Below are positions 17,408-25,888 of a stretch of 64,000 bases of DNA, in pieces. A model generated the notes under the pieces. The model saw nothing but the letters and a program-made list of their open reading frames with translations, was not told the DNA's origin and searched no databases. The position numbers and the translations under genes were made by a program. The stretch is from Planctomycetota bacterium. Lineage in GTDB: Bacteria > Planctomycetota > UBA1135 > UBA2386. Position 1 is the first letter of the stretch, and every line of letters begins with the position of its first letter. The stretch spans positions 6,464,001 through 6,528,000 of the forward strand of contig OZ245838.1 in NCBI GenBank assembly GCA_965228735.1, read 5' to 3'.

Positions 17408-17550
17408 GGAACGCGCCGCTTCCTGAGGACGAGGCCTCAAGTCATATGTTCGCAGTTGCTTCCGTCGCCTCTGCGATTCCGGGCGCCGGCTGGACGGAAC
17501 CCGCGATTCCGGTCGGTTTCGGAAGCTCCACGGCCGGTTTGCCGCACCGG

Positions 17551-19179
17551 TCAGTCGAGCGTCACGAACAGCGAGTCGTGTGAGCAGAGCAACACCCACA
17601 ACTCGCGGAGGGCGGCGTCGGGCAGTTCGCGCGCCGGCAGATCCGAGCGGCGGCGCAGCCGCCGGCGGAGGTCACCGAGACGATCGCCGTCGCGGCGCAG
17701 ACGCACGTTCTCGTAGTCCGGCGCGGTTGGCAGCGGATCGCGCGCCAGGTGTTCGGTCACGTTCTGCCGCAGCCTGGTGAACGTGCGGTACGGCGTGAGT
17801 CCGAACGGCACGTCGCGGTCCTCGAGCGGGTCCGCCCAGGTCAGCCAGCGGCCCATCTGCGCCTCGAGGTCGGGCAGGCCGAGTTCGGGTGCGGCGCTGG
17901 CGAGTTCGAACGCGGCGAAGATGTGGGCGTAGAGCGGATTCGGCGCCCGGCGACCGACGCGCAGCGCGCGTGCGTTCGCGAGGAACTCGGGCTCACGTTC
18001 GAACGGCTCGTGCGCCGGCAATTCGGGCGGGTGATCGACGCCGCCGAGCACGAGGCCCGTGCGGCGCAGGCGCTCGAGCTCCCGGCCGCGGTGCAGCGCG
18101 CGGGCGTCGGCGGGGCGCAGCACGACCTCGCCGTCGCCCGTGCGCGTCGGCACGCGGCCGCCGAGGGTCTGCAGGCGGGCGAGGCGCAGGCGATGGCGCA
18201 GGGAGTCGGACCGCGCGAACATCGGGTGGGGGCGTTCGGGCCCGGCCTCGCGAGCCGGCGCGTCGTCGCGGCGCGCGCAGACGATGTAGTTGCTGCGCAG
18301 CTCCTGCCAGAGGTCGAGGTAGTTGAGCACGAAGCCCTGGCCGCGGCCGCCGAGGTCGAGACGTTCGGCCATGCGGTCGGGCTGGCCCCACGGCCGGTGG
18401 AACCAGTGCGCGGGTTCGAGGCCGGCGCGCTGCAGCAGTTCGCCGAGCTGGAAGCCCGTGAACCCGCGATCGCCCGCGTGCAGGAACGCGTCGACGACGC
18501 CGGCGTCGTTCTTGCTGTCCTGGTAGTGCAGGAACGCGTAGCGCAGCGGATGACTGCGCGGCAGCGACCGCATGAGCGACCGTAGCGCGGCCGGGTGCGA
18601 GCGGTCGCCCGCGTGCAGGCCGAGCAGCTCGGCGACGCGCTGGATCTGGAACACGCGGGCGCGCGACCACTCCGGGTAGACCATGAGCCGCAGCACACCG
18701 CGCGCGGTCAGCCGGTCGCGCAGCGCCCGCAGCACGCGCTGCGGGTCCGGCAGGTTCATCAGCACGCCGTAGCACTCGACGACGTCGAACTGCCCGGTCG
18801 GCCACGTCGACTCGTCGGTCAGATCGACCGGCGCGAACTCGACGTTCTTCTTGCCGTGCAGCCGGCAACGCCGCTCCGCGATGCGCAGACTCGGTTCACT
18901 GAGGTCGCCCGCGACGATCTCGGCGTCGGGGTTGCTGACCGCGAACGCGTACGGCTGGAACGTGCCGCACCCGGCGATCCAGATGCGCGGCTTCTTCGGC
19001 GCCGGTCCGCTGCCGCACCGATCCCACAGCCAGTCGCAGTGCAGCTCGAACGGATGCGTGCTCGGCAGACTCGCGAGCAGCGGCACCTGCGGGTACGGCC
19101 AGTCGGCGTACTGCTGCCCGATCGCAGAGCACAGCTCGGCGTTCGCCTTGCCCCCGATCGTCCTGGTGCCGGTCGCCAT
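17551..19179 (-). CDS. Class I SAM-dependent methyltransferase with unknown C-terminal region
   Basis: QYADWPYP, IWIAGCGT, AGDLSEPSL, FDVVECYGVLMNLPDP, GVLRLMVY, DAFLH. Confidence 0.8.
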   Translation of the reverse strand: MATGTRTIGGKANAELCSAIGQQYADWPYPQVPLLASLPSTHPFELHCDWLWDRCGSGPAPKKPRIWIAGCGTFQPYAFAVSNPDAEIVAGDLSEPSLRIAERRCRLHGKKNVEFAPVDLTDESTWPTGQFDVVECYGVLMNLPDPQRVLRALRDRLTARGVLRLMVYPEWSRARVFQIQRVAELLGLHAGDRSHPAALRSLMRSLPRSHPLRYAFLHYQDSKNDAGVVDAFLHAGDRGFTGFQLGELLQRAGLEPAHWFHRPWGQPDRMAERLDLGGRGQGFVLNYLDLWQELRSNYIVCARRDDAPAREAGPERPHPMFARSDSLRHRLRLARLQTLGGRVPTRTGDGEVVLRPADARALHRGRELERLRRTGLVLGGVDHPPELPAHEPFEREPEFLANARALRVGRRAPNPLYAHIFAAFELASAAPELGLPDLEAQMGRWLTWADPLEDRDVPFGLTPYRTFTRLRQNVTEHLARDPLPTAPDYENVRLRRDGDRLGDLRRRLRRRSDLPARELPDAALRELWVLLCSHDSLFVTLD

Positions 19180-19212
19180 CCACCGGTGCTATCGGCCGGA
19201 GCGCGCCCCAGT

Positions 19213-19254
19213 CTTCAGCGACTCGCCTTCAGCGACTCGCCTGCAGCTGCCCGC
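19213..19254. repeat. 14-bp tandem repeat (2 exact copies plus 1 degenerate)
   Basis: CTTCAGCGACTCGC x2, then CTGCAGCTGCCCGC; intergenic. Confidence 0.7.
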
Positions 19255-19280
19255 CTCTCGCAGCCGGCCTTGGATGGGGC

Positions 19281-20414
19281 CTACTCGTCGTCGGCGTCGT
19301 CGCTGCCGTCGAACATCTCCCGGATCTCGTCCCGCGCGGCGTCGAGGTCGTCGGGCGCCTTGATCGGCAGGAAGCGCGTCTCGCGGCCGTTGCGGCGGAC
19401 CTGCAGGAACGAGGTCGACAGATGCGCCGTGAGTTCGCCGATCAGGTGCTCGATCTGCACGGCCGGGCGGTCCTCGACCTTCTTCTCGACGAAGTACCGC
19501 CCGAGCTCGAACTCGCGATCGAGCGCGCTCGCCGTGAACGTCGCCGTGTTGGTGTTGAACACGTCGACGATGTTGGGATCGAACCCCTCCGGGTAGCGCA
19601 CCTGCTCGACGAGCTGCGTGCGGCCGTCGTAGAGGAACGGGCTGCCGCCGACGTCGCCGGGCCACTTCGGCGCGACCTCGAACGTCGCGTCGACGCCGGC
19701 CTGGATGTGGTGCCCGAGGATCACCGGGTCGACGCGCGCGCCGAGGTTGTCGACGTTGCGGGCGAGCAGGTACTTGCCGCCGCCGGCCAGGAACTTCCGC
19801 AGCGCGCCGCTGTCTCGGAGTGCTTGCGCGAAGTCGCCGTGGCCCGGGCCGTACGGCGAGACGTCGCCGTTGTCGAGGCGGAAGATCTCGCCCTTCTGGT
19901 CCAGGCGCAACGACACGAACTGCGTGAAGTGCGTGATCTGCTCCGGATCCGCCTGGAAGTTGTCGTGCGCCGCGAAGTGCTCCTTGGTCTTCTCGTCGGT
20001 CGCGAAGCTGTTCATGAGGAACACCGGGATGCGACCGCCGCACTCCTTCTGCTGTCCTAGCACGTCCTCGATGCCGAGGCCGAGGAACGAGCGGTCGTCG
20101 CCGAGCACCGGCACGACGCCCTTGACGACGCCGCCGAAGCGCGTCGCCATCCCGCCGTTGAGGATCACGACGCCGAGCTCGCCGCGGGCGATCGCCGCGC
20201 GACCGAGCTCGAAGAGCTCCTTGTTGGCCTTGGACGATCCCGCGGGCAGGTTGCTGATCGTGCCGGGCGGCGGCGTGAGCAGCTCGCCTGTCACGGCGTT
20301 GTTGGCCTTGGACATGCGGCCCTCGCCCACGGCGCTCTGCCAGCTGCGGAAGAGCTCCTCGTCGAAGCCGTAGCGGGCGAGGAACTCGTTCTGTTGGTCG
20401 GTCAGTTCGTTCAA
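19281..20414 (-). CDS. UTP-sugar-1-phosphate uridylyltransferase, PF01704 (UDPGP/UAP) family
   Basis: VILNGGMATRFGGVVKG, LMNSFAT, PGHGD, NVDNLGA, VEQV, FNTN, RFLPIK. Confidence 0.88.
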   Translation of the reverse strand: MNELTDQQNEFLARYGFDEELFRSWQSAVGEGRMSKANNAVTGELLTPPPGTISNLPAGSSKANKELFELGRAAIARGELGVVILNGGMATRFGGVVKGVVPVLGDDRSFLGLGIEDVLGQQKECGGRIPVFLMNSFATDEKTKEHFAAHDNFQADPEQITHFTQFVSLRLDQKGEIFRLDNGDVSPYGPGHGDFAQALRDSGALRKFLAGGGKYLLARNVDNLGARVDPVILGHHIQAGVDATFEVAPKWPGDVGGSPFLYDGRTQLVEQVRYPEGFDPNIVDVFNTNTATFTASALDREFELGRYFVEKKVEDRPAVQIEHLIGELTAHLSTSFLQVRRNGRETRFLPIKAPDDLDAARDEIREMFDGSDDADDE

Positions 20415-20475
20415 GGGGCCGGAAAGTTACCCGCGCCCTCGTGTCCAAGCCACAGCTCCGAGCTACACCTGTGGC

Positions 20476-22527
20476 ATGCCGCGATCCGGCGACAGCGACC
20501 CGAGCGACAACGATCCCGCCAGTCCTGACCGACCGGCCACCGACCGGCTCGACCCGCGCACGCCGCTGCTGCAGCTGCCGGGGATCGGTCCGACGACGGC
20601 GGGGCGACTGCAGAAGGTCGGGCTCTCGACCGTCGCCGATCTCGTGCGTTGGTTTCCGCGGCGTTATCGCGAGTTGCGCGCCATCGAGTCGCCCTCGGAG
20701 TCGGCGCTCGGCGAACTCGTGCGGATCGAGGCGACGGTGCACAACGTGGCGATCGCCTGGCTCCCCGGTCGCCGCGCGATGGTCACCGTGACGTTCGCCG
20801 CGGTCGATGGCGTGACGTTCGGGACGCGGTTCTTCAACCAGCCGTGGCTGCGCAAGAACTACTCGGCCGGGCAGCGCCGCGTCGTCGAGGGCCGGCTCGA
20901 GCGCAAGAGCAACAAGTGGCTCCTGGAAGCGGCGCGCATCCTGCCGCGCAACGCGAACCCGACGGGCGAGGTCCAGCTGCGGTATCCGGACGTCGAGGGC
21001 GTGACGGCCGCGCGCCTCATGACCTGGATCGGGCACGCGCTCGACCACGTCGACGTGAGCGCGCTCGCGGCGGATCGCGACCCGTTGCCCGTGGGGCTCG
21101 AGGAGCACGACGGCACGTTCGGCGAGTTGATCGAGGCGATGCACCGGCCACCCGACGTGGCGACCCACGAACGGGCGCGGCTGCACTTCGCGGTGCGTGA
21201 GGCCGTCGCGCTCTTCCGGGCCGTCGAACGCGCGCGCCGGGCGCGGGCCGAACGGCCGGCGCGGGCGTTCCCGGTCGACGATGGGCTCGCCGAACGGATC
21301 CGCGCGACGATTCCGCTGACGCTGACCGCCGACCAGGATCGCGCGGTGCGCGAGCTGTGGCAGCGGCTCGCCGGCCCGGCGGCAGCCGGCGTGCTGCTGC
21401 AGGGGGACGTCGGCACCGGCAAGACCGCGGTGGCCGTCGCGGTCGCGCTCGCCGTGGTTGGCGGCGGCGGGCAGGTCGCGTTCCTCGCGCCGACCGAGTT
21501 GCTCGCGGAGCAGCATCACGCGACCGTCGGCGCCTGGCTGAAAGGGAGCGGGGTGCGGGTCGAGCTGCTGACGGCGACGACGCGCAAGACCGTCGGGGAT
21601 CTGTCCGCGGCGGGGCCGCTGCTCGTGTTCGGCACGCACGCGTTGCTCACGAAGGCGACCGACCTGCCGAGCCTCGGTCTCGCGATCGTCGACGAGCAGC
21701 ATCGCTTCGGGGTGGACCAGCGCATGGCGCTCGTTCACAAGGGCGACAATCCGCACGTGCTCGTGATGACGGCGACGCCGATCCCGCGCACGTTCGCGCT
21801 CACGGTGTTCGGCGATCTCGACGTGCTCAGCCTGCGCGAGCGGCCGGCCGGCTCGCGGGCCGTACCGGCCGTGTCCGTGCGAGCAGAACACTGGGCGCGC
21901 GCGCGCCAGAGCATCGCGCGCGCGGTCCGGCGCGGCGGTCAGGTGTTCGTCGTCTGTCCGGCCGTGGGCGAGGACGGCGAGAAGGGCGGTGCCGTGTTGC
22001 TGCATACGACGCTGCAGAACGAGCTCGCGGCCGACGAGGTGCGGGTCGGGCTCGTGCACGGGCGGCTGCCGACCGAGGAGCGGCAGGCCGTCGTCGAGTC
22101 GTTCCGTGCGGGCGACCTCGACGTGCTCGTCGGCACGACGGTCCTCGAGGTCGGCGTCGACGTGCCGAACGCGACGCTCATGGTCGTCGTGTCGGCGGAT
22201 CGGTTCGGCATCGCGACGCTGCACCAGCTGCGCGGACGCGTCGGTCGTGGGCGGCGGCGCGGGCTCTGTCTGCTGTGCGGTCCGCGCACGGCGCGGGTCG
22301 ATGCCGTGTCCAAGACGACCGACGGTTTCGAACTCGCCGAAGCCGACCTGCGCCTGCGCGGCAGCGGCGAACTGCTCGGCACCGCGCAGAGCGGCTTCGT
22401 CGAGCTGCGCGCGCTCGACCCGAGTGCAGACCTCGATCTGCTGCTGCGCGTGCGCGCGGCGGTGCGCCAGGATTCCGGCGCGGCGTCGGAGCCGGGGGAC
22501 TCGGTGACGAACGAGGTCGCGCGATGA
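20476..22527 (+). CDS. recG: ATP-dependent DNA helicase RecG
   Basis: FFNQPW, LLQGDVGTGKT, DEQHRFGV, MTATPIPRT, HQLRGRVGRG, DGFELAEADLRLRGSGE. Confidence 0.95.
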   Translation: MPRSGDSDPSDNDPASPDRPATDRLDPRTPLLQLPGIGPTTAGRLQKVGLSTVADLVRWFPRRYRELRAIESPSESALGELVRIEATVHNVAIAWLPGRRAMVTVTFAAVDGVTFGTRFFNQPWLRKNYSAGQRRVVEGRLERKSNKWLLEAARILPRNANPTGEVQLRYPDVEGVTAARLMTWIGHALDHVDVSALAADRDPLPVGLEEHDGTFGELIEAMHRPPDVATHERARLHFAVREAVALFRAVERARRARAERPARAFPVDDGLAERIRATIPLTLTADQDRAVRELWQRLAGPAAAGVLLQGDVGTGKTAVAVAVALAVVGGGGQVAFLAPTELLAEQHHATVGAWLKGSGVRVELLTATTRKTVGDLSAAGPLLVFGTHALLTKATDLPSLGLAIVDEQHRFGVDQRMALVHKGDNPHVLVMTATPIPRTFALTVFGDLDVLSLRERPAGSRAVPAVSVRAEHWARARQSIARAVRRGGQVFVVCPAVGEDGEKGGAVLLHTTLQNELAADEVRVGLVHGRLPTEERQAVVESFRAGDLDVLVGTTVLEVGVDVPNATLMVVVSADRFGIATLHQLRGRVGRGRRRGLCLLCGPRTARVDAVSKTTDGFELAEADLRLRGSGELLGTAQSGFVELRALDPSADLDLLLRVRAAVRQDSGAASEPGDSVTNEVAR

Positions 22528-23150
22528 GCGCGGATCGCGTCCTCTCTGTCGAGCAGGCCCGCGCGATCGATCGCGACGCGGCGGAGCGCCTGCGGATGCC
22601 CACGATCCTGCTCATGGAGAACGCGGCGCGCTCGGTCGCCGAGGTCGCGCGTTCGATGGGGGAGCGCTTCGTCGTGCTGTGTGGCAGCGGCAACAACGGC
22701 GGTGATGGTCTCGCGGCGGTGCGGCACCTCGGATCGGCGCGGTGCACGATCCACTTGCTGCAGGAGCCGGATCCGGAGCGCGCGCCGGACGCCGCGACGC
22801 AGCTTCGGATTCTGCGGGCGGCCGGTGTCGCGGTCACGGTCGGCCGGGTGCCGGAACCAGCAGCGCACGCCGGTGCCGTGTGGCTCGATGCGCTGTTCGG
22901 CACCGGGCTCACGCGCGACCTCGAGGGCGAGGCGCGTGCCTGCGTCGAGGCGATGAACGCGGCGACCGGACCGAAACTCGCGGTCGACATCCCGTCCGGC
23001 CTGCACGGCGACACCGGTGCGGTGCTGGGCGCGGCCGTGCGGGCGGATGTCACGGTGACGTTCGTGGCGCGAAAGCGCGGGATGACGATCGGGCAGGGGC
23101 CCGCGCACTGCGGTCGGATCGAGGTCGTCGGGCTCGGGCTGCCGACGTAG
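22524..23150 (+). CDS. nnrE: NAD(P)H-hydrate epimerase (stand-alone YjeF N-terminal domain)
   Basis: LMENAA, CGSGNNGGDG, DALFGTG, AVDIPSGL, ADVTVTF. Confidence 0.92.
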   Translation: MSADRVLSVEQARAIDRDAAERLRMPTILLMENAARSVAEVARSMGERFVVLCGSGNNGGDGLAAVRHLGSARCTIHLLQEPDPERAPDAATQLRILRAAGVAVTVGRVPEPAAHAGAVWLDALFGTGLTRDLEGEARACVEAMNAATGPKLAVDIPSGLHGDTGAVLGAAVRADVTVTFVARKRGMTIGQGPAHCGRIEVVGLGLPT

Positions 23151-23161
23151 CGACGGCGGCG

Positions 23162-23974
23162 TTACTCGAGCCCGTCCCAGAACGCGCCGAGCACGCGCAC
23201 GAACTCCGCCGGGTTCTCCATCGGCGGCAGGTGGCCGGCGCCGGGGATCACCGCGTGCGTGGCGCCCGGGATCGTCGCGACCCACGCGGCGATCTCGTCC
23301 GGCGGCGTGATCGTGTCCTCCTGGCCCGCGACCACGAGCACGGGAACCCGGACGTTGCTCGTCTGGGCCGTGCGATCCGCGCGATCGCGCAGGCCGCGCA
23401 GGTCCGCGACGATGGTTTCGGTGGGTTGCGCCTCGATCATCGTCGCGACGCGCGCGCGGAGCAGCTGGCCGTGCGGGTCGTCGTCGGACCGCACGGCGAG
23501 CAACGCGGTCTGCATCGCGGTGGCGATGGCGCGGCGGCCGTCGGTGATCACGTTCTGGATCGCGTCGTTGCGCCCCTGCTTCTGCGCGTCGGTGTCGCCG
23601 CGCGCGCGCGTGCACGCGAGCGCCAGCGAACTCACGACGTCGGGGTGACGCTCGACCAGCGCCTGCGCGACGTAGCCGCCCATCGACAGCCCGACGACGT
23701 CGACGGGGTCGTCCGTGAGCGTGCGGATCACGGCTGACACGTCGTCCGCGAAGCCGTGCATCGTGTGCACGTTGTTGCCGCACCACGGTGACTCGCCGTG
23801 GCCGCGCAGGTCGATCGCCGCGAGCGTGTGTGACTCCGCGAGCGGGCTCGTCATCACGTCGAGCCACATGCGATGGTCGAGCGGGTAGCCGTGGAGCAGC
23901 ACCGCGAGCGGCCCGCTGCCCGTGAGGTGGACGGCGAGCCGGGTGTTGTCGAACGAGATGTGACGGGTCTCCAT
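23162..23974 (-). CDS. Alpha/beta fold hydrolase (PcaD-like)
   Basis: LLHGYP, DLRGHGES, GLSMGG, GQEDT, GAGHL. Confidence 0.9.
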   Translation of the reverse strand: METRHISFDNTRLAVHLTGSGPLAVLLHGYPLDHRMWLDVMTSPLAESHTLAAIDLRGHGESPWCGNNVHTMHGFADDVSAVIRTLTDDPVDVVGLSMGGYVAQALVERHPDVVSSLALACTRARGDTDAQKQGRNDAIQNVITDGRRAIATAMQTALLAVRSDDDPHGQLLRARVATMIEAQPTETIVADLRGLRDRADRTAQTSNVRVPVLVVAGQEDTITPPDEIAAWVATIPGATHAVIPGAGHLPPMENPAEFVRVLGAFWDGLE

Positions 23975-23999
23975 GGGCGGTGATTACCTGGCTGACAGC

Positions 24000-25292
24000 C
24001 TACCAGCGCAGCCGCAGCGTGCGCGTGACATGGCGCACGAGCGCGTCGGGGATCCCTAGCTCCTCGGCGAGCTCGCGCCACTTCGAGAACGCTTCGGTGA
24101 CCTCTTCGACGATCGCGACGTGACGCCGCTGGGGCAGGCCGGCGTAGTCGGCGAGCGCGGCGAGGTCCTGCATGGTGAAGTCGTTGGTCTTGCCGTTGAT
24201 GCTGAGTTGGTGGTTGCGCGTGAAGTCGCTGCCCTCGGCGTGGCAGAGGTCGTAGGCCGGCGTCAGGCGCCAGTCACCGCGGCGGTCCATCTCGAACGAG
24301 GTGTTCTTGACGTGGTCGTCCTGGTTGCAGCCGACGAGGTTGAAGACGACGCGGCGAAACTGCTGCTCCAACTCCGCCATCGGCATGTGCAACCGCTTCA
24401 TCGTGAGGAACAGCTGCTCGTACGAATACTGACCGCTCTCGTAATAGTCGTAGTGCGCGAGCGCGGCGAACGTCTGCACGAAGCGCTTGCCGCCGGCGTC
24501 ATCGCGGTCGAATCGCCGTGTCATGAAGTGGCTGCGGTCGTTCTCGCGCAGCAGCGCGCACTCGGTCATCGTCACGCCGCACGCCTTGGCGATCTGCGAG
24601 TAGCTGTACTCGAGCAGTCCGAACCCGGCCGGGTCCGCGATGCCCCAGTCGCCGTTGAACTCGACGCCGTCGAACTTGATCAGCCAGTGTTCGAAGCCGG
24701 GCGGCAGATCGAGCTGACCCGAGCGCACCTGTTTCGTCTTCGGGTGGAACGCGATCACGGCCTTGGCGCGCGCACCACCGGCGGAGGCGCCGACGCTGAG
24801 GATGTCGAGCATCGCCTGTTCGGCGTCCTCGCCTGCGAGCCGGGTGTCGAGCGCCGCTCGGCTCGCGAACGCGATGGACGCGAGCTCGACGAGCTGCTCG
24901 ATCTCGAGGGCGCGGTCAGAGAGTTCCTTGCCCGTGGCGGGTTCGAACTCGAGCGCGCCCATGCCGCGGGTGCCCGTGTAGCAGAGCCGGTCGACCGCGT
25001 GGAAGTCGTCGGGCGTGCGGCCCGATCGGGCCAGCCAGACATCGATGAGGCGGTTGCCGTAGCGATCCGGCAGGCTGTCCGCCAGCAGGCCGGGCAAGCC
25101 GTGGAACGCGCGCGGCTGCAGCTCGGGGAACCGATAGATGTGGTGGGGCCGGACCGGCATCTGCAGCGGGGCGACCTCGATCCCGGCCTTGCTGAAGTCG
25201 GGGTCGTATTCGAACCGTGCGAACCGTTCGCCGCGGTCCATCGCGGCGTAGCCGATCACCGTGCCCCAGAGCTTGACCGTCGCGGTCGTCAT
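24000..25292 (-). CDS. hipA: HipA family toxin (Ser/Thr kinase)
   Basis: N-terminal FEYDPDF...APLQMP; LADSLPDRYG, GASAGGARAK, WLIKFD, RRFDR, NQDDHVKN, LTPAYD. Confidence 0.93.
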   Translation of the reverse strand: MTTATVKLWGTVIGYAAMDRGERFARFEYDPDFSKAGIEVAPLQMPVRPHHIYRFPELQPRAFHGLPGLLADSLPDRYGNRLIDVWLARSGRTPDDFHAVDRLCYTGTRGMGALEFEPATGKELSDRALEIEQLVELASIAFASRAALDTRLAGEDAEQAMLDILSVGASAGGARAKAVIAFHPKTKQVRSGQLDLPPGFEHWLIKFDGVEFNGDWGIADPAGFGLLEYSYSQIAKACGVTMTECALLRENDRSHFMTRRFDRDDAGGKRFVQTFAALAHYDYYESGQYSYEQLFLTMKRLHMPMAELEQQFRRVVFNLVGCNQDDHVKNTSFEMDRRGDWRLTPAYDLCHAEGSDFTRNHQLSINGKTNDFTMQDLAALADYAGLPQRRHVAIVEEVTEAFSKWRELAEELGIPDALVRHVTRTLRLRW

Positions 25293-25633
25293 CGGCGCTC
25301 CTCGCCGCGGCGTTCGTCGCCCCATACGAAGTCGGTGTCGGGTGAGCGTCCGCGGCGACCGCGTCGCCGGCGCGCTTCGGCCATGGGCGAGCGCAGGTCC
25401 TCCGGCAGCAGCGCGTCGATCGCGGCCACGAGGTCGAGCGCCTTCAGCAGCCGGAGCCACGATCCGAGTCGGCTGTCCTTGCCGTCCTCGATGCGCCGCA
25501 GCGTCGCGACCCCGAGACCGGCTTCTTGGGCGAGCGTCTCCTGGGAAAGGCCGCGCTGCTTGCGGATCTTGGCCAGACGGGCGCCGAGCTCCTCGAGGAT
25601 GGCAGGGTCGGGGGTCAAGCGATCGATCTTCAT
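25289..25633 (-). CDS. XRE/HTH antitoxin, HipB-like
   Basis: LGARLAKIRKQRGLSQETLAQEAGLGVATLRRIEDG...LLP...SPM...WGDE; ATGA-coupled to hipA. Confidence 0.88.
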   Translation of the reverse strand: MKIDRLTPDPAILEELGARLAKIRKQRGLSQETLAQEAGLGVATLRRIEDGKDSRLGSWLRLLKALDLVAAIDALLPEDLRSPMAEARRRRGRRGRSPDTDFVWGDERRGEERR

Positions 25634-25775
25634 ATATCACATATGATCGAATAGAAGAGACATGCTCTTGAATCGATCTTTTATGATCGATCTCACTTCG
25701 ATTCAAGAAAGCGATCATAAAAGATCGATCATGGTCGTTCTTGGCCAAGAATCGATCATTTGAGAGCGTATTCTT
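25634..25775. promoter_or_regulatory. AT-rich hipBA promoter/operator region with nested inverted repeats
   Basis: 18-bp IR at 25672-25689/25712-25729; 11-bp IR at 25666-25676/25698-25708; palindrome TTCTTGGCCAAGAA at 25738-25751. Confidence 0.75.
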
Positions 25776-25888
25776 GTCCGGTCTCGGCACCGGCCCGCTT
25801 CCGCGACGCGGCTACCACGGGGCGGGGTGCAGGCTCCGAGCGCCAGCTCGGAGCGCTGGCTCGTGGCGAGTCCGCGGCGCGGTGCCAA

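Noticed and set aside
22524..23150. Stand-alone NnrE as a truncated nnr pseudogene
   Set aside because: The epimerase domain is complete, and split NnrE/NnrD is a known arrangement.
25293..25790. N-terminal extension of HipA in the ORF track
   Set aside because: It overlaps the antitoxin gene and operator region. ATG 25292 gives the typical HipA start and ATGA coupling.
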